Shown piece after piece: positions 21,001-30,027 of a stretch of 64,000 nucleotides of DNA. How positions within the stretch are numbered: the first letter of the stretch is position 1; the number at the start of each line of letters is the position of its first letter. Source of the stretch: a virus (lineage: Duplodnaviria; Caudoviricetes); the IMG/VR virus record IMGVR_UViG_3300020180_000003, positions 14 to 64,013 of that record. One strand, 5' to 3'. Position numbers and translations under genes: made by a program. The notes beneath the pieces were generated by a model. The model saw only the letters and a list, made by a program, of their open reading frames with translations. It ran no database searches and had not been told where the DNA came from.

Positions 21001-23581
21001 AAATTCTGGATTTTATTACCGAGGTCGGTTTTCGGGAACGTGGTCGAGTTGGTACAAAATGTGGTCCGAGACAAACGATGGTCACGGTAGCGGATTAGAC
21101 GCCGATACCGTTGACACCATTCAGGGCGCGAGTATTGTCCAGATCACACGTCTCGTGTCTGCGGGAAGTGGCTTGACGGGTGGCGGCGCACTGTCTGCTG
21201 ATATTACACTGAGCCTCGCCACGCCTGGTTCATTGACTGTTTCTACAACGAACAGTGCAGCAGCGCATACACACGCGATCACATCGTCGGCGGCACCTGG
21301 TGCAGCGGCGTCCCTGCTTGCCTCGTCTGGCGCTGGCATGTTGACACTACCGACATTTACGGCTACAACCAAAGTTACGACGCCGCTAATAGACACAGCA
21401 AGTGGGAACTTGACACTGACCCCCGCGGGCGGCACCGTAACCGTAACAGGCGCGGGCACGTTCACGACCAAAGTCACATCGCCACTAATTGACACAGCGA
21501 GCGGTGATCTGCAACTACTTCCAGCAGGGGGCAGGGTGGGCATCAACCGCGTGCCCAGTGGCGCTGCGCTCGATGTGATTGCCGACAACAACGCCGATCA
21601 TACGCAACGCATAAAGCAAAAAAGTGGACAGACGGGCCGATTATGGCGTATTGAGGACACGACCAGCAATGAGTTGATTGTCCTCGATAGTGTTGGCAAT
21701 CTACAGAGTGGCAGCCCCGGCTTTGCGTCCGGTCTCACTGGTTGGCAAATTACGCCGTGGGGGAAGGCGGAATTCAACGACGTGTGGGTGCGTGGCGAAT
21801 TGCACGCGTCCATATTCGTCATGGATGAGTTCCACGCTTCGGGCGGCACGCTATTTGTGTCACCGGCGGGCAAGCTGGAAAACGACGCGATTATCAACGT
21901 CACCACCGGCATAGAATCCATAATGGATATCCGCACCACATCGGCATCAGGTAGCGGCACACAAGTCACGATTCGCACCACATCGGCATCGGGTAGCGGC
22001 ACGCAGATTACAGCGCGCTGGATTGGAAACTATTTCGACATAACCGATCCTCCATCGGGGCACGCGATGATTTTCCAGCCCGGAGATGTGATCCGCTGCA
22101 AGGCGCTCGGTATGGGTGTAGGGATTGACCTGTGGGACATCTGGGGAACGATCACCGCAATCGAGGACGTGACGGACTATTATCGTTATTTCTTCACACG
22201 TGAAAACGGCGGTAGCCAGGGTGTGGTGATTCCGTCCGGCACCGCCATCGTGAGTTATGGAGCGGAGGGTGATGGGCGCATTTTGATTACCGCTGACCAG
22301 AACTATGCGCCATATATTGATATTTTCACCAGCGGCAAGAAACCGTGGATTGGTGAGATTGTCCCACATGTGCGCCAGGGTCGTTTGGATGGGGTGGGCC
22401 TACCTGGGGTGAGCGGCGTCGAGCAGTATGGCATGGTAGGCAGTACGAATTTAGCCAATGCGAACTCGCCTTACTTCATTATGTCGAATCTTCAAATGGC
22501 GATGTACAAAATCAATAGCCGCTGGAATGATGGAGCAAACGACACGGTACAGATTGAAGCGAATGGACGCGTTCGCTTTGGCACGAACATCGGGCAGTCT
22601 GCAACGACCGGCTTTGATTTTGAGCCAAGTACCGGCGACCTGACGATCGGGTCTCCGTCCTATGCAGGTAACGTCACGATATACGGTCAGATATTCCTGC
22701 CGGACGGCTCACCGGCGGGCGTCGTGTGGCGCGGCGCATGGGCTGCTACCACAAACTACGAGAAAAATGATACAGTCAGTAATGGCGGCAAAAGTTACAT
22801 TTGTATTCTAGCCCATACGAGCGGTGGCAGCTTCCCCGGCATTGGCGCAAATTGGGATCTGATTGCCGACCAGGGCACGACAGGCTCAACGGGATCGACA
22901 GGCGCTACAGGATCACCAGGCGCTACAGGGGCGACGGGGCCAGCCGGTGCGGACAATCAGGATTTCCCCTTCCTTGAGGCGAACTCAGCCGCGATGGTGG
23001 GCAAGGCAGCGGGCCTGTATATGATAAACACGCACCTGGGCTACTGGAATGGCACATCCTTCAACGCCTATATCGACAATGGCGGAAATTTCCGTTTCGG
23101 GCAATCAGGCAGCGCGTACGTGGGCTTTGATGCATCCACGGGTCTATTGCTAGGCAAAGACAGCAGTAGCGTTACACAGTGGTATGCTAGTAGTACCGAT
23201 GGTAAATTTCGAGCCGGGGCGGGGGCTATCGTTATCGACAGGGGTGGTATCCATGTCGCCAATAGTGGCGTATCCAACGGTATCGTTATGTACAACATTG
23301 ACACTTTCACCAATGCAAACAAGGCAGGGCGACTGTGGGCACTGAGTGACCTAGGCCGACAAGTTTATCTGACGGCTGGACGTAGCACAGGCGACAGCGA
23401 CGCCACGAATGCCACAGGCATTCTCAGTCTATTTGCCTACAACGGCAGCGGAAACCCTGGGGCGGGGTTGGTGTTGACAGGTGGCACAGGGATAATTTCA
23501 GTTACTGGCGACCTCGATATAAACGGATACGACATAATCGAAGCGAATAACATGGTAGGAGTAAGAACAACAGCATGGTAA
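18053..23581 (+). CDS. Large tail fibre / host-specificity protein
   Basis: 1842 aa, Thr/Gly-rich, HTH/HNH metal-binding motifs, collagen-like GXT stretch, internal duplications. Confidence 0.8.
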   Translation: MTSATFKRNAKRIKDAIAAKTEPKQTTSIAGAVGGTKLFIGGQIFPGSITGTQEVVNAGRPAAASYVAKNGGGGGSVSVSSGGGAASVLPTTVYLPRDGSLSMTGSLDMGENSIINVQRVDGRDLQADGVILDGMKNADVLVLTANADYTNERVLTFSAAFTTVDSGANNAYTVSIVTPPTLSVSSTNNGTTRSHAITTSSNPGAAASILASSAAGMLTLPTFTASTKVRTPLLDTASGNMTIQPAGNLIIRAGVGVSPIALIPFERDAVSETRIGSDDYASQTTGWAIEHYGGGDFRYLYTDEMHAKVFIADLEQALAGGQIIAKSVTLLFLVFTAPAAGGTTTLTVRDLPSATGMAVFQNGDMIRLRNFSRAGGSLDISDCWGIATLDTSYGTGGFDSTTKSQRYTFVRSSGSYAGHMTTGTTVQPESIVLDYGISGNGYYEVNAIDGYYAANSPYAQIVTWTVHPAATAPGTGLKIKARLGNLVGITDVNLNPTGYGLYSENTYLKGDFLTGDGVIRMYNATGINILQDVWSSWDNKRAVQWWPDITSVSGDPSLSIYTGKVVGGFTANQNFSYIDANPTGNVLAGLSLSAFGQGTASDAIVYIEGGSQSLGTTPTITLTATTIEAVGTLAITGNITVTGTVDGVDISAFKATYDSHTHDSTYLKLIGGTLTGTLTSRTVAPSANNTYDIGTTGNYFNYAYIRNLVVDTVVGTPTYSHTHAAGDITSGTLASARIPDLYVLTAGDTMSGALVIDADTGTTSNYVRWLTQTSTGKAWDMIGRAHDYATSAQQNDLLLTYYDGATIYVALQFDSGTRVADFLNTPTVAGTAVSLSTHNHDAAYVPVARTVTAGAGLTGGGSLSANITISHNDTSTQASVTNTTSLIRDVTLDTYGHVTALVSATVLSIAPELHLGASSTAGTLDWNDVSNTKPNSGSTLLRGTAANAMGGLGYYHPINFEYATKNGTGNVTQWAVPYSNDSLNSGFYYRGRFSGTWSSWYKMWSETNDGHGSGLDADTVDTIQGASIVQITRLVSAGSGLTGGGALSADITLSLATPGSLTVSTTNSAAAHTHAITSSAAPGAAASLLASSGAGMLTLPTFTATTKVTTPLIDTASGNLTLTPAGGTVTVTGAGTFTTKVTSPLIDTASGDLQLLPAGGRVGINRVPSGAALDVIADNNADHTQRIKQKSGQTGRLWRIEDTTSNELIVLDSVGNLQSGSPGFASGLTGWQITPWGKAEFNDVWVRGELHASIFVMDEFHASGGTLFVSPAGKLENDAIINVTTGIESIMDIRTTSASGSGTQVTIRTTSASGSGTQITARWIGNYFDITDPPSGHAMIFQPGDVIRCKALGMGVGIDLWDIWGTITAIEDVTDYYRYFFTRENGGSQGVVIPSGTAIVSYGAEGDGRILITADQNYAPYIDIFTSGKKPWIGEIVPHVRQGRLDGVGLPGVSGVEQYGMVGSTNLANANSPYFIMSNLQMAMYKINSRWNDGANDTVQIEANGRVRFGTNIGQSATTGFDFEPSTGDLTIGSPSYAGNVTIYGQIFLPDGSPAGVVWRGAWAATTNYEKNDTVSNGGKSYICILAHTSGGSFPGIGANWDLIADQGTTGSTGSTGATGSPGATGATGPAGADNQDFPFLEANSAAMVGKAAGLYMINTHLGYWNGTSFNAYIDNGGNFRFGQSGSAYVGFDASTGLLLGKDSSSVTQWYASSTDGKFRAGAGAIVIDRGGIHVANSGVSNGIVMYNIDTFTNANKAGRLWALSDLGRQVYLTAGRSTGDSDATNATGILSLFAYNGSGNPGAGLVLTGGTGIISVTGDLDINGYDIIEANNMVGVRTTAW

Positions 23582-23766
23582 AATCGTTGACACTCAGCCA
23601 GCAACAGCACCTGTTGGCATTGATTGAACGGCAACGGGCGGCACAGGTGGCCGTGGCTACATTTATCGAGTATCTACGCGACGAACACAGCGCACCGGAA
23701 CAGATGGGCTGGCAGATTCAGGATATACAAACGGGATTTGTGCAGCCGGAGGAGGAAACGAAATGA
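23575..23766 (+). CDS. Hypothetical protein
   Basis: Overlapping-operon ORF. Confidence 0.5.
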   Translation: MVKSLTLSQQQHLLALIERQRAAQVAVATFIEYLRDEHSAPEQMGWQIQDIQTGFVQPEEETK

Positions 23767-24569
23767 CACGATATGTTGAACAATTTAACGAATGCACCGA
23801 TCCAGTAACGGGTGATTTCCTCTGGATTGTAGATGCCAGCGCAGGAGCCACCGATAAAGATCGCAAGGTGAATATCAGCCGGTTCGCCATCCTCGCGAAC
23901 GCGCAGACATTCACGACAACGCAGACGATTGCGCCGACTGCGACTGGCGTGGCGGCACTAAATGTTACGTCACCATCGGGGTCGAGTGTGCCGATTTTGA
24001 ACATAAATTATGCGGCGAGCAGACGGATCTCTGTTGTCGAAACCGCAACGAGTTCATCGGTTCAGTTGGATTCGGCAGATTTAGGCAATGGTGCAGTTGG
24101 CCCATACATCCGAATCCTCGGCAACACAAACGCGACCCAATCGTCTAGTGGATCGCTGATCCTTGATGATCGGGCTGGATCTCCGCGTTCACTCTGGATC
24201 GACGCCGCCAATAATCTGCGCACGCATTCAACCAGCCCGACGAATTTTGCCACGGATACCAGCGGCACGGTTGTCGGCACGCAAACAAGCTCGCTGGATA
24301 GTAAAAATGTACTAGGCGAGTTTACCGACTATGACGCAGCGCTGCAATCCATCGTGAACGCACCGCTGTATGATTTTACGTATAAATCGGGCGCTTTCAA
24401 CGGTGAACGATTCACCGGCGTTATCACCGACTATGCACCTCTGTTCGGTATGGATAGAGACGAGGCACATCCAGCGGGCAAGTCGCTAAATGAGGTAACG
24501 GCACACGGTTACACGATGGCAGCAATCAAGGCATTGGCGAAACGAATTGAACAATTGGAGGCAAGATGA
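23763..24569 (+). CDS. Tail fibre protein with C-terminal intramolecular chaperone (peptidase S74-like) domain
   Basis: TSSLDSKN...LYDFTYK...GVI...AAIKALAKRIEQLE pattern. Confidence 0.7.
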   Translation: MTRYVEQFNECTDPVTGDFLWIVDASAGATDKDRKVNISRFAILANAQTFTTTQTIAPTATGVAALNVTSPSGSSVPILNINYAASRRISVVETATSSSVQLDSADLGNGAVGPYIRILGNTNATQSSSGSLILDDRAGSPRSLWIDAANNLRTHSTSPTNFATDTSGTVVGTQTSSLDSKNVLGEFTDYDAALQSIVNAPLYDFTYKSGAFNGERFTGVITDYAPLFGMDRDEAHPAGKSLNEVTAHGYTMAAIKALAKRIEQLEAR

Positions 24570-24985
24570 TTACTAGAAATTTATCGAGTCAGATAGAAGG
24601 CTATTGGCAACAATCGGACTCGCCAGAACTAACCCCAGCGGCACGGCTTGAGTTGAAGCTCGTTAGCTTCCAGATGCTGATGACTGCCGTTATTAGCGGC
24701 GTTGACGGTGTACAGCGCTTCTGGGATAGCACGGCGTTACTAGTGGCATTACTGGCAGCGGCAGAGGGTGCGGCACTGGATAGCGGCGGCGCCGTAACAA
24801 AGGAGGCATGGGTGAAGTATCAGACATTGTTTATATCGTTTCGCACCTGGTTGAACACACCAGTAAGCGCAAATCTGCCCACGGGCACGCTCGACGCAAA
24901 CGGTGTGATGATTGCTTTTCTGTCTGAGTTAGAAGAGACTCCGGCAATGCTGATCATGCGTCAACCGGAGAAAGTGACGCCTTGA
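24566..24985 (+). CDS. Hypothetical protein
   Basis: Coupled ORF with GGAGG RBS. Confidence 0.55.
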   Translation: MITRNLSSQIEGYWQQSDSPELTPAARLELKLVSFQMLMTAVISGVDGVQRFWDSTALLVALLAAAEGAALDSGGAVTKEAWVKYQTLFISFRTWLNTPVSANLPTGTLDANGVMIAFLSELEETPAMLIMRQPEKVTP

Positions 24986-25182
24986 TGAATCTCAAACAAC
25001 GCCGCGCCGAACTGACCACAGTGTTGGCCGAACAACGTGACATTCAACGCCAAGCGCAGCAGGCAATCGACAGTGCCCGCGCCGCCGAGCATCAGGTTCT
25101 GGGGGCGATTGCCATGATCGACGAAATAGAATCGTCTACGAAAACAAAGAAGGCCCGCGAGGAGGAAGTGGTTCAGGAATGA
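24982..25182 (+). CDS. Small coiled-coil protein
   Basis: Coupled ORF. Confidence 0.5.
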   Translation: MMNLKQRRAELTTVLAEQRDIQRQAQQAIDSARAAEHQVLGAIAMIDEIESSTKTKKAREEEVVQE

Positions 25183-25228
25183 TGATGCCTAGTACCCACA
25201 CAGTGGATTGGACGCTCAGAGAGGCGCC

Positions 25229-25738
25229 GTGACCAATATCTATTTGCCCATCGCGGGCAACGGCATCGCTGACCCCGCGGCCACCATTTTCGACAACCCG
25301 TTCGCGCTGGCATTCTACCGGATCTTGATCACCGATCCGCGCCAGAAGCGCGCCATGCTCGACCCCTGCCCGACCCTGGTCGCCGCGGCACGCCATCGGG
25401 CGGCGATGCTGTCCACCATGCCCAACATCGCGCACGTTGACCCAGACGGCACAACGCCCAATGAAATCGCTCGACGATTCGGCTGTGCGTTGCCGCCAGA
25501 CTATCCAGAGAGCGGCAATGGCATAGAATCGCTCGTCGCGGGCACCGGTGACCCACAGGCGGCGTTTACTGCGCTGGCGAACAGTCCTAGCCATGCCAAG
25601 CACTTGTTTGCGCTAGCTGGTGATGGGCGGGCTGACGCATATTATGGCCGACAGAATGCGTGTGGGATTGCGATGCTGGACGCTCCGGGCAGCCGATGGG
25701 GCTGGTATTGGGTGGTGTTGCTCTCTTCGTGTGGGTAA
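25229..25738 (+). CDS. CAP/SCP-domain protein
   Basis: LVAAARHRAAML..IAH, GIESL, NSPSHAKHL, CGIA, YWVV motifs; GTG start after GAGAGG. Confidence 0.8.
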   Translation: MTNIYLPIAGNGIADPAATIFDNPFALAFYRILITDPRQKRAMLDPCPTLVAAARHRAAMLSTMPNIAHVDPDGTTPNEIARRFGCALPPDYPESGNGIESLVAGTGDPQAAFTALANSPSHAKHLFALAGDGRADAYYGRQNACGIAMLDAPGSRWGWYWVVLLSSCG

Positions 25739-25739
25739 C

Positions 25740-25767
25740 AAAAAAGCGCACCGGCTAGGGTGCGCTT
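25740..25767 (-). terminator. Intrinsic terminator between convergent blocks
   Basis: AAGCGCACC-ggctag-GGTGCGCTT hairpin with an A-run on its left (U-tract on the minus strand). Confidence 0.7.
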
Positions 25768-25784
25768 GGTTGTGGGACTAGGAG

Positions 25785-26036
25785 CTACGGCTGAAATTTA
25801 GCCGTGATGCCATTCTCGCTGGCGATTGACTCGGCGGCGTTGCGAGCGCCCGCCTGAGACCAGTAGGAGGTGGTTTCCTCCTGGTTGTCTCCGTCTTGGT
25901 TGGTAAACCACACAATCACCATGTAAACGGGGCAGTCCTCGCCGTTCTTGGGCTGGGTGCCGCGTTGTCCGGTGTAGTACACTTCTGCTTCTACTTCTAC
26001 TTCTACTTCTACTTCTACTTCTACTTCGTTACGCAT
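25785..26036 (-). CDS. Hypothetical protein with (EV)n microsatellite
   Basis: GGAGA RBS; (acttct)n at about 25981-26026. Confidence 0.55.
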   Translation of the reverse strand: MRNEVEVEVEVEVEVEAEVYYTGQRGTQPKNGEDCPVYMVIVWFTNQDGDNQEETTSYWSQAGARNAAESIASENGITAKFQP

Positions 26037-26086
26037 GATTGTTTCTTTCTCCCGCGCTATAGCCGGCGCGGGTCGGCTTCACTTTA

Positions 26087-26458
26087 TTAGCCTGTGTTAG
26101 GAATCCACGGGGTACGCTTGAATGTCGAGCCACTCCAAAATCCTGGGGAGCCGATGCGCCGCAGTGATATGGGCACCCCCTTGCTGTACAGGAATAACTC
26201 AACTGGGTTAGACCCGAGTATCTCAAATGTGATGGCCCACACTTTTTGGGCCATCGGCGGGGATTTGCGAATTTTTTCCGCTATCTCCCGTCTAGCAGCG
26301 TAGACTGCCGACAGGCCATCTTCGCTTGGCTTGTCTATCTCTATCTCGTGGTCATCAATTAGGAGATAGTATGCAGCGAAGTCGCTCGGTGGGCGGTAGT
26401 CGCCCCCGACTTGTCGCCCGCGTAAATGTCGATCTTGTTTCTCTATGCTGATTGGCAT
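26087..26458 (-). CDS. Hypothetical protein
   Basis: MPISIEKQ start with AAGGA RBS. Confidence 0.5.
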   Translation of the reverse strand: MPISIEKQDRHLRGRQVGGDYRPPSDFAAYYLLIDDHEIEIDKPSEDGLSAVYAARREIAEKIRKSPPMAQKVWAITFEILGSNPVELFLYSKGVPISLRRIGSPGFWSGSTFKRTPWIPNTG

Positions 26459-26766
26459 AGTTTTCCTTCTCCCGCACATTGCCGGTGCGGGGCGGCGTTA
26501 CTCAACATGATTGTCAACAGTGTGTCCGCCGCTTCGGACATGCTCGTGTCCATTACTACGGCGTAGGCGATCAGCTTCGATTTGGTTCCGGGTTCCAGGC
26601 TTATCGTCACCCGTACTTTCCGCTCCTCCTCCGGCATCGGCTTGGGGCCGGTACCGCGCCGTGCGCCGCCGTTGTTGCGCCGCCCGTCGCGCTTGGGCTG
26701 AGGCTCGTACATCTCAGGCGGCTCCGCTGCCATGTCGGCCAGCGCTTTGGTGTAGGTGTCAGTCAT
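26443..26766 (-). CDS. Ribbon-helix-helix-type DNA-binding protein
   Basis: GGARRGTGPKP followed by RVTISLEPGTKSKL...SMSEAAD. Confidence 0.65.
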   Translation of the reverse strand: MTDTYTKALADMAAEPPEMYEPQPKRDGRRNNGGARRGTGPKPMPEEERKVRVTISLEPGTKSKLIAYAVVMDTSMSEAADTLLTIMLSNAAPHRQCAGEGKLCQSA

Positions 26767-26950
26767 ACCGCGCCTGCTCCGCCTCGAATTGCGCGATCTC
26801 GATCAGGTGTGCCCGCATTCGATCAAACATGTCCTCTGGCGTGGTGTTGGTCGTCCACATGTCACGTTTGGGGTACATGGTGGCCGGGCTATTTACCCCG
26901 GCGTCACGCAGTTCCTTCAGTAGTTTTTCGCGTTCTTGTTCAGTAGTCAT
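26759..26950 (-). CDS. Hypothetical protein (cassette 3)
   Basis: MTTEQEREKLL start after the repeated leader. Confidence 0.6.
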   Translation of the reverse strand: MTTEQEREKLLKELRDAGVNSPATMYPKRDMWTTNTTPEDMFDRMRAHLIEIAQFEAEQARYD

Positions 26951-26991
26951 TTTTTGTTTTCTCTGTTGATTGATTGTGGCCCAGTGGCCCA

Positions 26992-27044
26992 GTTGGTTGA
27001 TTGTTGGTGTATGCCCCGGCATTTCACGCCGGGGCTTGGGACTA
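26992..27044 (-). repeat. 53-bp intergenic leader repeat, copy 1
   Basis: gttggttgattgttggtgtatgccccggcatttcacgccggggcttgggacta. Confidence 0.95.
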
Positions 27045-27296
27045 CGCTGCCTGCTTCAAATACGCTTTGACGTAATCAAAAACAGATAGCTCGCAGCCGT
27101 CGTAGTCAACCCATGTGGCCCCGCTTTCTGCGAACAGATCGCTGATGGCGTAGGCGGCAATCACAACTGAACCATAGGCAGCGACTGCTTCGGCAACCGA
27201 CATGTCGCCGGAACCGGCCCACATATCCTCACCAATGCTGGCTGGTGTGTCCGTTCGAGTATCAACTTCTGTCTGACCAAATTCGTTTGTGCGCAT
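27042..27296 (-). CDS. Hypothetical protein (cassette 2)
   Basis: MRTNEFGQ start with CAGGAGA RBS. Confidence 0.65.
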   Translation of the reverse strand: MRTNEFGQTEVDTRTDTPASIGEDMWAGSGDMSVAEAVAAYGSVVIAAYAISDLFAESGATWVDYDGCELSVFDYVKAYLKQAA

Positions 27297-27326
27297 GATG
27301 TTTCTCCTGTTGATTGTTGGTTGAAT

Positions 27327-27379
27327 GTTGGTTGATTGTTGGTGTATGCCCCGGCATTTCACGCCGGGGCTTGGGACTA
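27327..27379 (-). repeat. 53-bp intergenic leader repeat, copy 2
   Basis: Identical to copy 1. Confidence 0.95.
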
Positions 27380-27380
27380 G

Positions 27381-27614
27381 TTAGCGATTGTTTAGCTCCC
27401 GTTCGATTTCTGGCCGCCAGTCATCCGCAGACAGAACTTTACCGTCATAGTCTGTGATGGACACTGCTGCGTCTATGTACTTTATCGTTTCATAGTAATC
27501 AAACGCTTCTATTTTTTCTAACTGCTGTCCGCATACGTCCGACAGCAGTCCTTGCACGAAATCGAGTTGGTTGTAATCGCGGGTATCTACGTTGTATGTT
27601 GGTAAGCTACGCAT
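27381..27614 (-). CDS. Hypothetical protein (cassette 1)
   Basis: MRSLPTY start with CAGGAGA RBS. Confidence 0.65.
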   Translation of the reverse strand: MRSLPTYNVDTRDYNQLDFVQGLLSDVCGQQLEKIEAFDYYETIKYIDAAVSITDYDGKVLSADDWRPEIERELNNR

Positions 27615-27632
27615 TTCATTCTCCTGTTGATT

Positions 27633-27685
27633 GTTGGTTGATTGTTGGTGTATGCCCCGACATTTCACGCCGGGGCTTGGGACTA
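27633..27685 (-). repeat. 53-bp intergenic leader repeat, copy 3
   Basis: One mismatch (27660) relative to copies 1 and 2. Confidence 0.95.
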
Positions 27686-27940
27686 GCGAAGTGATTCTGC
27701 CACATAGGTAGTGACGGCGTGGCGTAAGAGGTCGATGGTGAACCCTTTCACCCCGTCCCTCGTTCGCTGGATGTTTTTTGTCCAGCGAACATTGTCTGGA
27801 TTCACTTGCTGAAAAACAGCAGCGCATTCGTCAATCGTCAGATGCTTACACACCTGCACAATAGCGCCGGCCATTTTCGTTCCCATTTGTTCGGCCTGGA
27901 TTTTTTTTGCATTGTTGGCTAGTTTTTCGATTGTAATCAT
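27683..27940 (-). CDS. Hypothetical protein
   Basis: CAGGAGA RBS, downstream of a sigma70-like promoter. Confidence 0.65.
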   Translation of the reverse strand: MITIEKLANNAKKIQAEQMGTKMAGAIVQVCKHLTIDECAAVFQQVNPDNVRWTKNIQRTRDGVKGFTIDLLRHAVTTYVAESLR

Positions 27941-27996
27941 AATTTTGATTCTCCTGTTGCTTATCGGCCCGGTCTCGTTTGCCTTGCCTTGATTGA

Positions 27997-28025
27997 ATCA
28001 TACCATACTCTATTCAATAATTCAA
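27997..28025 (-). promoter_or_regulatory. Sigma70-like promoter
   Basis: TTGAAT-N17-TATGAT with TG extension. Confidence 0.6.
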
Positions 28026-28139
28026 TAGGCAAAACACACCAATATCGCCAAAATCCACCCGAAAATGCGGTCACGCCTTACGATTGTACACACAATCATC
28101 AAACGCACCGGTCACGGTGCGCGTTGTTGGTGGTGGTGA

Positions 28140-28571
28140 TCAGGCTGGTTGCCCTTGCGGATCGTAGCCTTTTTGCCGTAGGAATTCGTCGATGACGATG
28201 CAGGCATTCGCTGGCGTTGGTTCGATGTTGTAAAATTTGGGATCTATTTTCTCCCAGTTCCATTGATAAAACAGTGCCTTGGTTTCGGCTTCGGTCATGC
28301 CTGTGACTTTCCGCGTGCAACCTACCCAATCGTCATCCCAATCGGATAGGTTGCCCGGGTATACGTCGCCATGTTCATCCACGTGGATGCCGAAGTACCG
28401 GATCGTTATGGAGCCGCCTATACAGAACACCGTACCACAATCGATCTGTTTAATTACCTCGTTCAGTTCCCGGTCGTCCGTGATGAGCACGAAGTTAGCC
28501 ATGTTGAATAACTCAGCGTGCGCCATGATGTCGGCCTTCGCTTCGACTAGTGGGGTGGGGTTGAATTTCAT
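28140..28571 (-). CDS. Hypothetical protein
   Basis: AAGGAGA RBS; CGTVFCIGG motif seen in small phage proteins. Confidence 0.65.
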   Translation of the reverse strand: MKFNPTPLVEAKADIMAHAELFNMANFVLITDDRELNEVIKQIDCGTVFCIGGSITIRYFGIHVDEHGDVYPGNLSDWDDDWVGCTRKVTGMTEAETKALFYQWNWEKIDPKFYNIEPTPANACIVIDEFLRQKGYDPQGQPA

Positions 28572-28630
28572 TTTGTTTCTCCTTGTTGGTGGTGGTGGTG
28601 ATTAGTGAGTGACTCCTTGCTATGCACGCA

Positions 28631-29551
28631 CTAGGTCGCCAAGTATTCCTCGTGGCGACCATTGACTGTTACGACTTTGCGCCGACCTTCCTTGACAGCA
28701 TCAAAAACGCCAATGCCAACAAGTGTTGAAATCTCCTTAGACACTGCCGGAACTGACCATCCTACATGCATCGCTGCGTCCTCGAATTTGGCACCAGGAT
28801 TTGCCTTATAGTACATCACTAACTTTTTGCCCAAGCTTTCGCCAGATACTTTCTCAACACTTTCTGGAAAGTTTCCGCCAGATAGTTCACCACCTGTAGA
28901 TAAGTTTTTTGTATCTTTATCAGAAAGTTTCACTGCTGCTTTTTTCTCTTTGATTCGTAACTCAGCAAGTGCGCGCTCGCGATCTAATTCGACATCCTGT
29001 GTAAGCTTTGCCTTGTACGCGTCAAGATCAACTTGTTGACGCTGGCGCTTTAATTCACGGTCTGATTGAGTATCTAACTCTTGATCGGCGCGTGCCGTAT
29101 CTTTTTCATACTGTGTATCAATTTGTATTTCCTTCAAATATTCATGGAAGGCATATAGCCCAGCGCCCGCCAGTGTGAAGAATGGATAAAGCATAGGCAC
29201 GCTAGATCGGATCGCATCAGCCCATAGGAAGTCACCTGTCCAAGCCGGAATAACTTTGTAGCCCAACATTAGCCCTTCGATGATTATGGCATACACAATC
29301 AGCGGAATCATAGCCTGTCTCATCGGCAATACTTTTCGGCGCACTGCTTCAACCATTTTATCTCCGATGGCATAGCCAACCATCTCAATCGTAACGACTG
29401 TGAACCACGCGAAAGCCGAGTAATTCGACACCTCTAAAATTACCGCAATCGATGGGATGGGCGCAATCACTGGCGCAAAGCGCACGGTAGCATACCCCAA
29501 GCTATCAACGATCAAATCAACTCCCTTTTCCCAACCATTTTTCATTTTCAT
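28631..29551 (-). CDS. Multi-pass membrane protein with coiled coil and C-terminal wHTH
   Basis: About 4 hydrophobic segments, charged coiled coil, NPGAKFEDAAMHVGWSVPAVSKEISTL HTH. Confidence 0.7.
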   Translation of the reverse strand: MKMKNGWEKGVDLIVDSLGYATVRFAPVIAPIPSIAVILEVSNYSAFAWFTVVTIEMVGYAIGDKMVEAVRRKVLPMRQAMIPLIVYAIIIEGLMLGYKVIPAWTGDFLWADAIRSSVPMLYPFFTLAGAGLYAFHEYLKEIQIDTQYEKDTARADQELDTQSDRELKRQRQQVDLDAYKAKLTQDVELDRERALAELRIKEKKAAVKLSDKDTKNLSTGGELSGGNFPESVEKVSGESLGKKLVMYYKANPGAKFEDAAMHVGWSVPAVSKEISTLVGIGVFDAVKEGRRKVVTVNGRHEEYLAT

Positions 29552-29580
29552 AATCTCATCCCCTTTTTTCTATACAAAAC

Positions 29581-30027
29581 CTATCGTTGCCAAAACAGCA
29601 TTCTGTCCAGCCGCAGATGGTCCAGATCCTGCAATCCCTGCCCCACCAACACCAGCGCCCAGAGTAGTGCCGCTTCGGGCATCCAGAGTAGCGTAGCTGC
29701 AATGGGCAGCCAGAACAGGTACAGGAAGCGCTCAACCGTGCCGCGTAGCGTGTGGCTGCGTCCACGGTGCGGATTCAGTTTCGCGTAGGGCCACCAGAAG
29801 GCCACCCACAGCCAACCGAACAGCTTGAAACGGCGCAACATCCGACGTTCTTCTATCGTGATCCGGTGATGATCAATGTCGGGCGTCAGGCAATGCCCAA
29901 CCCATGCACCCACGGCAATCGCCAGCGGCCACGTTTTGCCGGCTACTACGAACCAACCCACGCACAGGCAGGTGATGATAATGCCGTTCCGCAACGTGCT
30001 GGATGAGTGTAGTTTGCCAGAGGACAT
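29581..30027 (-). CDS. Membrane metal-binding protein (DUF2227-like)
   Basis: MSSGKLH, LTPDID, WWPY..L.PHRGRSH, DH motifs. Confidence 0.75.
   Translation of the reverse strand: MSSGKLHSSSTLRNGIIITCLCVGWFVVAGKTWPLAIAVGAWVGHCLTPDIDHHRITIEERRMLRRFKLFGWLWVAFWWPYAKLNPHRGRSHTLRGTVERFLYLFWLPIAATLLWMPEAALLWALVLVGQGLQDLDHLRLDRMLFWQR

Noticed and set aside
25981-26026. Hexamer microsatellite as a phase-variation switch
   Set aside because: The unit is a multiple of three, so it only changes the length of the EV tract.
26992-27685. CRISPR array
   Set aside because: The repeats are separated by whole genes of 250-280 bp.
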